NCBI RefSeq assembly: GCF_001194135.2
Contig: NC_068986.1
Span: forward strand, 31,719,929 to 31,758,583
Source: Octopus bimaculoides
Lineage: Eukaryota
Direction of reading: 5' to 3'
DNA length: 38,655 nucleotides
The notes below the pieces were generated by a model. That model was not told where the DNA came from, did not search any database, and was given only the letters and a program-made list of their open reading frames with translations. Below are positions 1-12,904 of the stretch, piece by piece; the stretch's first letter is position 1; the number at the start of each line of letters is the position of its first letter. A program made the translations under genes and the position numbers.

Positions 1-270
1 AGAAATAGATCACATCTTGTGTCTATTAAGACCTAAATTGTTCTCAACATGAAATATAGCAGCATACCAAAACGTGAGCGGGCAAGACATTTAAAATCAC
101 CTAAAAAAGCATTCTTAAACCAGAATTTGTTAAATCCGAAACCGGTTCCTGTTTAAGAATGCTTTTTTAGGTGATTTTAAATGTCTTGCCCGCTCACCTT
201 TTGGTATGCTGCTATATTTCATATTGAGAACAATTTAGGTCTTAATAGACACAAGATGTGATCTATTTCT
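1..270. repeat. Long inverted repeat: 120-bp arms (1-120 / 151-270), 30-bp spacer; left arm cut by the window edge
   Basis: Reverse complement of 151-270 equals 1-120 except at positions 48 and 73 (118/120). Spacer is cagaatttgttaaatccgaaaccggttcct. Confidence 0.97.
123..154 (+). ncRNA. 3' half of a minimal hammerhead ribozyme, CUGANGA box absent, presumably inactive
   Basis: GAAUUU-guu-AAAUCC (stem II, one mismatch), GAAA at 138-141, palindromic A-CCGG-U (stem III), U, then CCUGUUU. No CUGANGA upstream. Confidence 0.35.
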
Positions 271-2099
271 AGCGCATTAATTGTCCACGTTAGTGGTCGA
301 CGTTATTTAAAAAAAATATATCTATATATGTATATATGTATGCCCATGTATTAATATATAGGCGTATCTATAATGTATGCATATAAGTATTTATGAACAT
401 TTATTTATATGCATGCGTGCATATAAATACACATGCACACAAACACAAACATAAACACACACGCACATATCTATACATGCAAAGACATCAATACATACAC
501 CCACTATCACCATGACAATGACCATGGTCAATAGTGGATAAAAAGCAGTGAGAAGAAGGAAGTAAAAGAAAGAAAAAATGGAAGAAGTAGAATTTAGAAC
601 AGTTCCGCCATTTTGAGGATTCTCTTCTCCTTTTCCACTTAAAATATTTCTTGAGATATTTAATCCACATCATGTCGACTACTAAATTCACACACTTTTC
701 TATCAACATGCATGTTTAACGTTTGTGGCGCCATCTTTGTTTCTCAAGAATCGTTGTTTTAAGGTGTTTAATAAAGGTAACTATTGCCTTGAAACAAGCA
801 TCTTGAGTGTCTTGGTGATTACGACGGTCGCTGAAATACCACCACCGAAACCACCACAGCTATCATCATCACCGCAACCCCTCGCCGCCCGCCGCCATTA
901 TATCCTACAGCAAGATTTACACTCAATGGTGCTTAACGAATATAGATTTGATAAACAGTTGCTTTTGTAGCGTTAACTAGATAATTGAACATATATATGT
1001 ATGTATGTATGTGTATATATATATATATATNNNNNNNNNNNNNNNNNNNNNNNNNNNNNNNNNNNNNNNNNNNNNNNNNNNNNNNNNNNNNNNNNNNNNN
1101 NNNNNNNNNNNNNNNNNNNNNNNNNNNNNNNNNNNNNNNNNNNNNNNNNNNNNNNNNNNNNNNNNNNNNNNNNNNNNNNNNNNNNNNNNNNNNNNNNNNN
1201 NNNNNNNNNNNNNNNNNNNNNNNNNNNNNNNNNNNNNNNNNNNNNNNNNNNNNNNNNNNNNNNNNNNNNNNNNNNNNNNNNNNNNNNNNNNNNNNNNNNN
1301 NNNNNNNNNNNNNNNNNNNNNNNNNNNNNNNNNNNNNNNNNNNNNNNNNNNNNNNNNNNNNNNNNNNNNNNNNNNNNNNNNNNNNNNNNNNNNNNNNNNN
1401 NNNNNNNNNNNNNNNNNNNNNNNNNNNNNNNNNNNNNNNNNNNNNNNNNNNNNNNNNNNNNNNNNNNNNNNNNNNNNNNNNNNNNNNNNNNNNNNNNNNN
1501 NNNNNNNNNNNNNNNNATATATATATATGTATATTACATACATGCGCATGTATACATATATAGAAAATAATAAAATTAAAAAAGAAAGCAAAGGAACAGA
1601 GGAATTGGTTGAATAAAGGAATAAATTATACGAAAAGATAATACAAATAGCATTCAGTGATAAGGAATTGAAAATTATGACAAAAAATAAGCAAAGAAAA
1701 TTCACTAAGATATATGAATTTATACTTATATATAATGAGTGATTAGAGCGGAATGAATGGGTTGAGGAATAAATAGATAAATAAATGAATAAATATGTGG
1801 ACAAATAAAATATCAGTGAATTACATAGTGCGGGCATCATGCTTTGTAAAATAGTGTATATAAGGCAGAATAAATGCCACAAAACTAACAAATACTGGAA
1901 ATAACTTGTGGGGCTTTGTAACGTTCCGTGATGTCCTAAGTTCAAAGCAGCATGGAATATGAAAAATAGAGAAGAATTTTCAAGGAGAACGCATTGGATT
2001 CTATCTCACGTTGTGAAGAAAGTGTTTTACACCAGAGCCTTGAGATAACCACTGTGAATAGAAAAGCTGGTTGATGGAAGACCGTCGTGTGTGAATCAT

Positions 2100-2191
<92 letters not shown>

Positions 2192-2564
2192 NNNNNNNNN
2201 NNNNNNNNNNNNNNNNNNNNNNNNNNNNNNNNNNNNNNNNNNNNNNNNNNNNNNNNNNNNNNNNNNNNNNNNNNNNNNNNNNNNNNNNNNNNNNNNNNNN
2301 NNNNNNNNNNNNNNNNNNNNNNNNNNNNNNNNNNNNNNNNNNNNNNNNNNNNNNNNNNNNNNNNNNNNNACATTTCGAGCTTACGCTCTTCGACAGAAAG
2401 GAGTAAGAGGAAATAAATAAAGAGAAAATGAAAAAAAATCATGGCGAATGATTGGAAATATTCTCTCACACACGCAGGTACAAATCATGGTCGATAAAAT
2501 AGCATTTGAATACCAAAAGGTAAAGCAAAATGCCATTTTATGAAAGCCGAAAAAATATTCACAA

Positions 2565-2605
2565 GCTGCTACTCAGAGTTTTCCGTCACCATTCGTCAGA
2601 CAGTT
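2565..2605 (-). ncRNA. Second, inverted degenerate hammerhead copy
   Basis: Minus strand reads AACUGU-CUGACGA(2599-2593)-auggugacg-GAAAA-CUCuGAG-UA-GCAG; stem II and the GAAA register are disrupted. Confidence 0.4.
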
Positions 2606-2617
2606 GTGTTTTATCAC

Positions 2618-2659
2618 AACTGCCTGATGAACGGTCACGTGGAACTCTGAGTAACAGTT
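2618..2659 (+). ncRNA. Degenerate type I minimal hammerhead ribozyme (Penelope-like type)
   Basis: AACUGc-CUGAUGA(2624-2630)-ACG guca CGU-GGAA (A13G versus GAAA)-CUC u GAG-U-A-aCAGUU. Stems I, II and III lie in the correct register. Confidence 0.55.
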
Positions 2660-2690
2660 TGCAAAATTAATAGAATAGTACTCTCTCTTT

Positions 2691-2813
2691 CTCTTTTACT
2701 CTTTTACTTGTTTCAGTCATTTGTCTGTGGCCATGCTGGAGCACCGCCTTTAGTCGAGCAAATCGACCACAGGACTTATTCTTTGTAAGCCTAGTACTTA
2801 TTCTATCGGACTC
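2691..2813 (-). mobile_element. 3' portion of a SINE with (AAAGAGT)n-type tail
   Basis: Minus strand: gatagaataagtactagg...gcggtgctccagcatggccacagacaaatgactgaaacaagtaaaagagtaaaagag; homologous to 5790-5930 in the opposite orientation. Confidence 0.75.
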
Positions 2814-3728
2814 TAAGGCCAAGTCATGCCATGGTAATCTACATAAGACAACCCTATCAATCTACTCCATTGCTGATAGCTCTGACTGTCCAAAGGAGAA
2901 AAGGAATTCCTAAAGTGCATTTTTTTTAAAAACAAATTATTAGTATATATATGCAACAACAACAATAACAACAATAATAATAATATCACAGTGACTTATT
3001 GAACAAAAGGAAATCATTTCTTTTGCTTCATATATTTATTGATAAGCAGAATCTGGCACCAACAGCGGTAACAGCAATAACAAGATCATCATCATCATCA
3101 CCAGCAGTAGCCGTAGAAACAATAGCGGTAACATAAGTAACGCTCGTATCAAATTATTTCTTCTACTTGTCACACCCCGCCTCCTCCTCCTCCTCCTCCT
3201 CCTCCTCNNNNNNNNNNNNNNNNNNNNNNNNNNNNNNNNNNNNNNNNNNNNNNNNNNNNNNNNNNNNNNNNNNNNNNNNNNNNNNNNNNNNNNNNNNNNN
3301 NNNNNNNNNNNNNNNNNNNNNNNNNNNNNNNNNNNNNNNNNNNNNNNNNNNNNNNNNNNNNNNNNNNNNNNNNNNNNNNNNNNNNNNNNNNNNNNNNNNN
3401 NNNNNNNNNNNNNNNNNNNNNNNNNNNNNNNNNNNNNNNNNNNNNNNNNNNNNNNNNNNNNNNNNNNNNNNNNNNNNNNNNNNNNNNNNNNNNNNNNNNN
3501 NNNNNNNNNNNNNNNNNNNNNNNNNNNNNNNNNNNNNNNNNNNNNNNNNNNNNNNNNNNNNNNNNNNNNNNNNNNNNNNNNNNNNNNNNNNNNNNNNNNN
3601 NNNNNNNNNNNNNNNNNNNNNNNNNNNNNNNNNNNNNNNNNNNGCTCTGTTATAACCTATTTGCTTTTGTTTTATTATTTGTTGTATAATTTAAGAAATC
3701 ATCATCATCATCATCATCGCCGCCGCTG

Positions 3729-3767
<39 letters not shown>

Positions 3768-4385
3768 TCATCATTGTCATCGATTAACAGCAACAACAAT
3801 AGCAACAGCACCACCACTAACACCACCACCACCACCACCACCAACAACAATAACAGAAAGAAAACCAACAAGAACAACAATAACAAAAAGAACCGAAACA
3901 GTGAAAAGTTATCAGTCAATCGAACGGGAAAGATCCGGTACTCAGTTATTGGTTGGACACGTCAATCGATCGAACCTTCGTGAGTTTGCATGCAAAGTAG
4001 ATAAGAAAAGCAAAACAAAAAAAAAACGTGAAAAAAACAAAAGCCGAACAAAAAACAAATACACAAACACACACGAAAGAAGAAAAAACAAAAGACAAAA
4101 AGAACCTACAACACAGAAAGAAAGAAAGACCATGGGAATTAAATCACGAATTGAAAATAGTGCAGAATCCGTTTTAGCCCTTAACCATCAGGAACGTATG
4201 GAATAAATAAAGAATATATAATACAAAACAAAAATATGCAAAAATGTAAAGGAATCTCAGTTTGGTAAAGCATAGCCGTCACTTGCAAACGAGAACGCGT
4301 TGGTAACGTCGTTTAGGCACCTAAGTAGATATGGATACGTTCTTGGTCTTCAAACCTTTGACACTGAAGAACATACTGGAGATGG

Positions 4386-4416
<31 letters not shown>

Positions 4417-4433
4417 GAGAAAGAGAGAGGAAG

Positions 4434-4531
4434 GGGGGAAGTGAGTGAGAAAAATTGAAGAGTGTAAACGTAGAAGCAAGAACTTAGACAGATAGCCAGA
4501 CAGATAGACATATTGCTAGATAGATGTCGAA
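4434..4531 (+). repeat. Dispersed repeat blocks embedded in (GA)n; second copy at 30147-30315
   Basis: Block B gggggaagtgagtgagaaaaattga and block A gaagagtgtaaacgtagaagcaagaacttagacag...gatgtcgaa both recur near 30.2 kb. Confidence 0.85.
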
Positions 4532-4664
4532 AGAGAGAGAGAGAGAGAGTGAGAGAAAAGAGAGAGAGAGAGAGATAAAGGTGAGTATACGAAATGGTAT
4601 CGAAAAGTTCCCGAACTAGTTATGGAAGATAGAAAATACTCCTGAGTTGTGTGTTCTGCACACT

Positions 4665-5045
4665 AAATACATATACCGTATGTCTTGCTTCCCTGGGCAT
4701 GGACACATTGAAGTTCAGATGTTTGGCGACTCACTTGGTAGATACCCACAAGATTATCCATCATTTTGCCAACAACAATTTTGGGCACCTTTTTGAATTC
4801 CATATGTCAAACACTCGTGGATATGATCACAAAATCAAAACAGCAACACAGCATCCATGACTTTTGGAAACATTTTTTCCCACTCAGAATTGCTGAAGCA
4901 TGGAGTAAACTACACGCATCAGTCGTTACGCGTCGAGACACTACATCCTTCAAACTTCCATGCTTCCTGAAATCCGCCGACAGTACACCTGGTGGCTTTT
5001 TTCCTTAGTTGTAGTACACCTGAGCATTGTATACAACAATTTCTT
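4665..5045 (+). mobile_element. 5'-truncated CR1/L2-group LINE: ORF2 C-terminus plus 3' UTR, frameshifted
   Basis: Joined frames give LASLGMDTLKFR..LVDTHKII..LFEFHMSNTRGYDHKIK/QQHSIHDFWKHFFPLRIAEAWSKLHASVV..TSFK. This matches the CR1-type pattern L.SLE.RR...DL...YKI...TRGH..KL...FFS.RVV..WN.LP..VV....FK, recalled from knowledge. Confidence 0.85.
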
Positions 5046-5329
5046 TCACACACACACAAACACGCACGCACACACACACACAAACGCACACACACAGATG
5101 AATAAAAAGGAGGGTTGTCTGTCTTGCAGTACACAGTGCTGATGATGGCCAAGGAGCTATAATTGCATTCACCATTCTGATAAGAGACAGGTGAATGCAT
5201 TGAAATGTTTGATGGTGTCCTTAAACATTTATTGCCGAAAAGAAGAAAAGTACTCCACGGCAAATTAACAGTGAATACGGACATTGTAGCGATCAAATGT
5301 GTTCCAAGCATGTTTGAGATGATTTAAAT

Positions 5330-5386
<57 letters not shown>

Positions 5387-5789
5387 AAAATAACTAAAAT
5401 GAAAAACAGGAAAAACAACGTCAGTCAAAAAGGCGTCTACACATTGATGCTCAGAGAAAGTTCAGGATGGAAAAAAAATGACAGGTTGGGTGACAACGTT
5501 TCGAGCAGAGTTCCTCGTTAGAAATAGGAGACAAGAAAAAGTTCAGAGAGAAGGAGAATAGCCTGAGAAAAGCACATGTGCCGTGTGTGCCGTTACATGG
5601 CTGAAAATTAAATATATATATATATATATAGGTATTGATATACATATAAATACATGCATATATATATACATACACGTGTGTGTGTGTGTGTGTGTTTGCA
5701 TGCGTGCCTTTGTATATTTGCTTCCCCATCCTGCTTGACAACCGGTGTTTGTTTGTTTACATCACTGCAATTAGTAGTTCGGCCTAAGA

Positions 5790-5930
5790 GATCGATAGAA
5801 TAAGTACCATACTTAATAAATACATAAATAAATAAATAAAACATAAGTACTGGGTGCGATTTGTTCGACTAAAACACGAGAAGGCGTTGCCCCAGCATGG
5901 TCGCAGTCCAATGACTGAAACAAGTGAGAA
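5790..5930 (+). mobile_element. Degenerate SINE 3' portion, same family as 2691-2813
   Basis: gatcgatagaataagtacc ... cgatttgttcgactaaa ... cccagcatggtcgcagtccaatgactgaaacaagt. Confidence 0.7.
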
Positions 5931-6054
5931 ACATACTCCAAAACATCTAAATATTACTTCAGAGAGAAAAAGAGGGCGTAGGTGATGCAGGTAGTTGAAG
6001 AGGTTGATCTACTCATCGACTTAACATCCGCATATTTCTCACAATTTTATTACC

Positions 6055-6118
<64 letters not shown>

Positions 6119-6756
6119 CATCATTAATTTTATCCCCACCTTTGTACTTTACCTCACACTACCACTCATTCTACACTACACGAAGCTGCCATCATACAAC
6201 GTAACTTCTTGCCTAATGAAATTCCGTCACAACAGGATATTGGAAACAAAGAAATCTGAAAGGAACATTGCACATCCATGAATTGTCAAAGACAATTTTC
6301 TCCAACAAGCCGCTCGGCCAGGATCAAAATGGGAAGACATTTTTCAAAAAAAGAAAAAAAAAAGAAAAAAAAAACCCCGGAAAAAATGGAAACAATAATA
6401 AAAAACTACAACATTAATGAAAATAATAAAAAAAAATGTTAAATATTCAATTCTAAAGAAAATCGTATGCTGGATCGTCAAAACCGCATGAAACTTCGAA
6501 ATTTGAATTAAAAAGAGGAGAAAAGAAGGCAAAGATGAAAAAAAAAAAACAACCAGAAAATTAATAAACATAACAGTGGCAACATCTAGCGGGGAATTCG
6601 ATGGTGTCGGAAGTAGCAGTGGTAGTAATAAAGAAGCGTGTTGGTGGTTGTAATATCGGTTTGCCTATAGAATTGTGGTTTTGTTGTTGTTTACTGTATT
6701 TTGCAGTAATGGAAGGCGCATTTTTTTTTGTAAAAATAAAAATACTTTGAAAATTA

Positions 6757-7433
6757 CCATGCATCGTCCACGACGCTAACGGAGAAATGGTTGCTATGTC
6801 TTTCTTAGGGTAGTGCCCGGCGGTGTGTTGTCTAACACACGAGGTATTTGACAGCAACCCTAGTCGGGCAACTGTAGCTGGTAGGTGGTCAGCGGTGGCA
6901 GTATGTGGTACGATCTCCATAGAGTGTGTCGCATAAATAACTGCAGGATAGTTAAAGCATAGAGTTATGTACTATAATGATGCCCGACAGCAAACCACCA
7001 GGTAGGTGGCCGTTGTCTGCTGATTCCACACAGTGATAGCCCTGAGCACTCCACTTGTTTGACCATCAGTTCTGTCTGATAACAGGTATCTAACGTGTGC
7101 CCGCTGGGTACTGCTCGCTCATGTGGACGAGGCTTTAGTAATTATAAAAATAATTTTTCCTTGAATTACCAAAAATTTCCAAAATCTGAGCGTGCCTTCC
7201 ATGTTGTAGTGTCAACCATACCGCATAATACGTGTATTTTAAACCATCACATTTTGTGAATAAAATATCACCGTGGGTGAATACAGCTTCCCAACTGACC
7301 AATTATTGGCTCAGTGTATTGCCCGACAAGGGTTGCTGTCAAATACTCCGTGTGTCAGACAACACACCACCAGGTACTACCCTAAGAAAGCCATAGCAAC
7401 CATTTCTCAGCTAGCGTCGTGGACAATGCATGG
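6757..7433. mobile_element. MITE / non-autonomous DNA transposon with ~115-120 bp TIRs and probable TA target duplication
   Basis: 6751-6871 versus reverse complement of 7319-7439: 110/121 identical. TA flanks CCATGC...GCATGG at 6755-6756 and 7434-7435. No internal ORF. Confidence 0.85.
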
Positions 7434-8458
7434 TAATTTATGATGGCGAGAGAGACGAAATAGTATCTATGCAACTTGTGAGGAACAAAATAATTTATAG
7501 TAGTCTTGTTTGAAAATACCAACTTCTCACTCCATGTTTATTTGAATTTCTAATCGACACTCCACTATACAGAAAAATATAACGTGAAATATAACGTAAA
7601 ATGTGAGTGAACAAACAACTAATTCATCTTTGTGCCGCATTTGGCAACGAACACCTGCTCAAACTGCTGGCTGCATAGAAAGATTTCAGACATTTCCTTG
7701 AAATTTGATTGATATACCCAAAATAGCTGTCAGTCCTCAAGTCACTGAATGGTCAATAAATAACCGGTGATAAACTTGAAACGTCATCTGTTGTATATTC
7801 AGTTTCATAGGAATAAGCATGTACTCTGTATATAACATCGCATGCAGTGAAAGGCTTTAGCTATGACGATTGTGGATTTGGGTAAATGTACCATCCAGTC
7901 AAGATTACTGCTTTCCCCAGCGGGAAAATTAATAGATTATTTCCCTCCCTCCTTCCCTAGAAGCGGGGATGCATGTAAACTTGTGGCAATATATGAGACG
8001 CAGTTGATATATATCATTCCATCTAAGTAAGAAAGTGAAAAATTTACTGTTTAAAGTTTCGTACATTTTTTTTCAAGCAAATGGATTTCGCTTTTCTTGT
8101 TTTGTATTTATATAAAACAACGATCCATTTGCAGCCGCTGCAAAAACGAAACTTTGGCACTACTTTTTGGCATTGAATTTTATAGCTCGCTACAAATGAT
8201 AGATAAACAACTTTGTATGTACCGTCACATACTTTATGAAGTCGGCGCGCTGGACGAAATGAAACCACAGACCGCAGTTATCAGCGTCTGTTATAGAAAG
8301 CAAACTCTTGTATTGTCGTTTGGTCCCAAAGTGTGCTGAATGAGAAACCCCATGATGCAAACTGTTCCAGCCTTGAGCATCGCGCATTTTGTTTTTGCAT
8401 ATCTTTTGTACGAATCCTTTTACAGATGGTTTAATGCGATTTGAGGGAAATTTGGTTT

Positions 8459-8694
8459 CTTATGTCTTTATTGCCCACAAGGGGCTAAACATAGAGGGGA
8501 CAAACAAGGACAGACAAAGGGATTAAGTCAATTACATCGATCCCAGTGCGTAACTGGTACTTAATCTATCGACCCCGTAAGGATGAAAGGCAAAGTCTAC
8601 TTCGGCGGAATTTGAACTCAGAACGTAGCGGCAGACGAAAAACCGCTAAGCACCTCATCCGGCGTGCTAATGTTTCTGCCAACTCGCCGCCTTA
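8459..8694 (-). mobile_element. Full-length young tRNA-derived SINE (tail gccccttgtgggcaataaag) with 22-bp TSD
   Basis: Minus strand carries the head aggcggcgagttggcagaaacattagc, B-box-like gagttcaaattcc and central cctttcatccttacggggtcgatag. TSD atttgaggga(a/t)atttggtttct at 8439-8460 and 8695-8716. Confidence 0.92.
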
Positions 8695-9144
8695 ATTTGA
8701 GGGATATTTGGTTTCTATTTCTAGCAGGTGAAGAAACCACGATGCGGCTATTTTGCTGCCGATTGTTTGGTAATAACGGTGATGATGATGATGATAGTGG
8801 TACTGGTTGTGGTGGTGGTGGCAATGGTGGCGCAGCGGTTTTGTGGCAATTGTGTGATAGTGAAGGTAGTAGTGACGATGTTTAAGAAAGAAAACCAGAG
8901 AATGTAAAGAGACTCAATGTGTACGAGAAGTAACATATAAAGATGAACAGATCNNNNNNNNNNNNNNNNNNNNNNNNNNNNNNNNNNNNNNNNNNNNNNN
9001 NNNNNNNNNNNNNNNNNNNNNNNNNNNNNNNNNNNNNNNNNNNNNNNNNNNNNNNNNNNNNNNNNNNNNNNNNNNNNNNNNNNNNNNNNNNNNNNNNNNN
9101 NNNNNNNNNNNNNNNNNNNNNNNNNNNNNNNNNNNNNNNNNNNN

Positions 9145-9175
<31 letters not shown>

Positions 9176-9645
9176 ATGTATATATGCATCGTGAAGAGAG
9201 CGTGAGTGAGGAAAACAAAGGAATTTAATCAACACGAACGATTACAATAACCTCGATATCCACCCAGAAAATCAACAACAACAACAACAACAACAACAAA
9301 TATAAGAATTCAACTCGCCACAAAAATTAATGACAACAAATTTTAAAAAAAGCTGTATGAGAATAAATAAATTAAAACGAGTTTTCTTCAACAAAAACAA
9401 AGGAAGAGTATAAAAAATGTTTAAAAACATTAAAAAAAAATATATAAATTCAAAAACGCCACAACAACAACAAAAAAAAATATATAGAAAAATTCTACAA
9501 ACATGAAACCAAAAAAAAAAGCATGAATATAATAAATATAATATATAATAAAAGGAAAAATAAGATATAATAAAAGTTATCCGGATCAATACTTTGATCA
9601 TTGAAAATAAACCAGTGTAATGGTAGTGAGAGAGAGGAAGAGAGA

Positions 9646-9691
<46 letters not shown>

Positions 9692-10108
9692 AGGGGAGAG
9701 AGAGAGAATATGTGTGTGTCTGTGTGTATGCTTGTATGTGTATATGTATGTGTGTGTGTGTAATCAGTGGATGAGGGTGGCGATGACGGTGGGGATGATG
9801 ATGATGATGACGGCGGAAGAGGCTGAAACAGTGATAAATTCTATGTCAGGTCTCGGTTATATCCAGCGCTTATCGTTTGCAATGTCCCTGTCAAATTGAC
9901 TCGAATGATCTTTCACACGTTATTATCATTTTAATTTTTCCATTATTCTGATAAATATTTATATAAAAAAAAACAACACACGATATTACTAACAAGACGC
10001 ACCAACAAAACGCACGCACGCACGCATGCGCACACAGACACAGACACAGACACAGACACACACAGACATACACAGACACAGCCACACACACTCCTAAAGA
10101 ACTCAGTA

Positions 10109-10620
<512 letters not shown>

Positions 10621-11026
10621 AATACAAATATTAGCTATAATACGGATAAAACTAATAATAATAGTAATAATGGTAAAAATAACAGGTGAAACGAAAGACC
10701 AAAAATATGTAATGTATTTTTGTCCGTTTTTTTTTTTGTGTTTTTTAAAATTGTCTTTCTCTTCTGAAATTTTTTTATCGTTCGTGGAAACGTCATTATT
10801 TTCGGTCAGCTGTCTAGTTTGAGGTTTTTTCTCTTAATCTGTAATTTCAATCTGAATTAACAATGGGGGTAACTCTCTTCTCTAAAAATGTCGTTCATAT
10901 CTGAGCGATATGAAAATGTCTACGACGGTAGTGTGTTATCGTATTTACACAATATCCGTATGGGTAATATATATTACTATTTTCGTTATATATGAGATTT
11001 TCTATAGGAATTGTTATGATAATTTG

Positions 11027-11070
<44 letters not shown>

Positions 11071-11114
11071 GTCTGTCTGTATACACACACACACACACAG
11101 ACACNNNNNNNNNN

Positions 11115-11213
<99 letters not shown>

Positions 11214-11321
11214 ATGTGTGTGTGTGTGTGTACATATATGTATATATATATCTATATATATTAAATTAAACTTTTCACGAAGAATTCTCGTAGAAATCTC
11301 ATATATATATATGTATATGCA

Positions 11322-11400
<79 letters not shown>

Positions 11401-11517
11401 AATATAAATAATATATAGATATATGCATATATCCATACTTATATGTACATACCTACAGCTATATGTATACATACATGCATATATGGGTACAAGACGTATG
11501 TGTGTGTGTGTGTGTGT

Positions 11518-12650
11518 ATAAGCTGAGGTACCCAGTAATACCCGGGAGCAGGGATATTCCCAGAACCCATTACAATGCGTAGTTTCCCTCAGACGAAAAT
11601 TGAAATCAAGACATAGGACAGATAATAGAAGGCGTACGAAAATTCATTCACGAAACAATAATACAAAAGAATACGTGTGGAATTGGAACATGAGAATCGT
11701 TTGATGTTTCCATTGTAAAGGAGTGCTATGAAAAGAACATAGAAGTTTGAATAGTAAACAAAAAAAATAATTTAAAGAAAAAGCACTTAATTTGACGCCT
11801 GTGTTTCATGGGTATAGTTCCACTGATCGTGAGAACCAAATATCGATTGCAACAGTTAGAACCGACAATTTTAAGTACAGGTGTTAAGAAAATACATGTT
11901 ACATGTTTTAGGACACAACGTTGCAACGTTTAGAATCGATAATTCTAAGTGCAGGAGTTAAGAAAATACATGTTACAGCAACATGAGAATGCTGAAATAA
12001 TTGATGAACATTTTAACCCCACAACAATTTGGGCCAAATTTCGTTAATCAGTTAATCGAAAATCATCTTACGCCTTGCTTGAGTGGCCTAGGTAAAAATT
12101 TATTTGTCTCAACCAATCCTTACCGCATATTCCACGATTCGTATTGAAATGCAGGATTAGCAAATGCTAAGGAGATTACCGTTAATAAGATGTCTGTTTA
12201 TACCCATGAAACATTTTTCGTCAAATTGAAATCTATATTAATGTTTAGGACCAATTTGAGGAAAAATGACCAGAGTCTGGTAGCGAACCCGTGTCGTCGT
12301 TATTTTTGTGTATGTGCATAAAAACCCATTCAACTCATTCGTAGCGCATATTCCATCTGTGTGTAAAATTTCAAGAAAATCGGTTGAAAACTTTAAAAGT
12401 TATGACAGAAAATAACGTTCATATGAGAATTTGTATTGAAATGTCCTACTGAGTTTTGAAAAGTCAGTGCTGATTAAAAGTTATCGATTGTTTTGAAATT
12501 CCAAGCGCGTAAGTGACCGCATGGGCATAAGCCCCCACCCCGCGTGTCAAGTTTCATCAACATCGGTTGAATAGTCTCAGAGGAGTTTAAGTAACAAATT
12601 TACAAACACACAGCCACAAACAGACAGAAATTGTCATTTATGTATATGAA
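11518..12650 (+). mobile_element. Probable Helentron-associated (HINE/Lep1-like) non-autonomous element
   Basis: Starts ataagctgaggtacccagtaatacccggg, resembling the ACTAGCTG..TACCCG..G..GCCCGGG 5' end. Ends aagtttcatcaacatcggttgaatag...gaggagtt...acaaacacacagccacaaacagacagaaattgtcatttatgtata. Family call is from recalled consensus only. Confidence 0.5.
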
Positions 12651-12774
12651 TATATATATAAATTTAAAATAGGATAAGATATTTATAAGAATTTATCAAG
12701 TAATCAGCGTGAAAAAACCTCGTAAGGGAAAAATTATAATTATTCCCTTTAAATATATTTATTTATATTAAGGG

Positions 12775-12904
12775 CATTACTACACATAAATTCCTCACGC
12801 TATGAGGGACTCATAAAGTCAAAACTACCATAATAAATTTATTTATTATGGTAGTTTTCACTCTATGAGTCCCTCATAGCGTGAGGCATTTATGTGTAGT
12901 AATG
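12775..12904. repeat. 130-bp near-perfect palindrome: 64-bp arms, 2-nt loop
   Basis: 12775-12838 versus reverse complement of 12841-12904: 61/64 identical. Confidence 0.96.

Larger units (their letters stand above)
2562..2661. repeat. Imperfect inverted repeat: 47-bp arms (2562-2608 / 2615-2661), 6-nt loop
   Basis: 38/47 arm identity by manual alignment; several differences are G-U compatible. Confidence 0.93.

Noticed and set aside
7625-7850. Minus-strand frame ...YSYETEYTT...*PFSDLRTDSYFGVYQSNFKEMSEIF...
   Set aside because: Interrupted by a stop, weak donor, no recognisable family.
8190-8420. Minus ORF with RDAQGWNSLHH, resembling an ankyrin repeat start
   Set aside because: The rest does not fit the ankyrin consensus and there are no convincing splice sites; left unassigned.
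12797-12830. Hammerhead in the 12.8-kb palindrome arms (ctatga-gg-gactc-ata-gagtc-aaaa)
   Set aside because: CUGAUGA lacks a G, GAAA is not intact, and no stem III, UH or stem I 3' strand follows.
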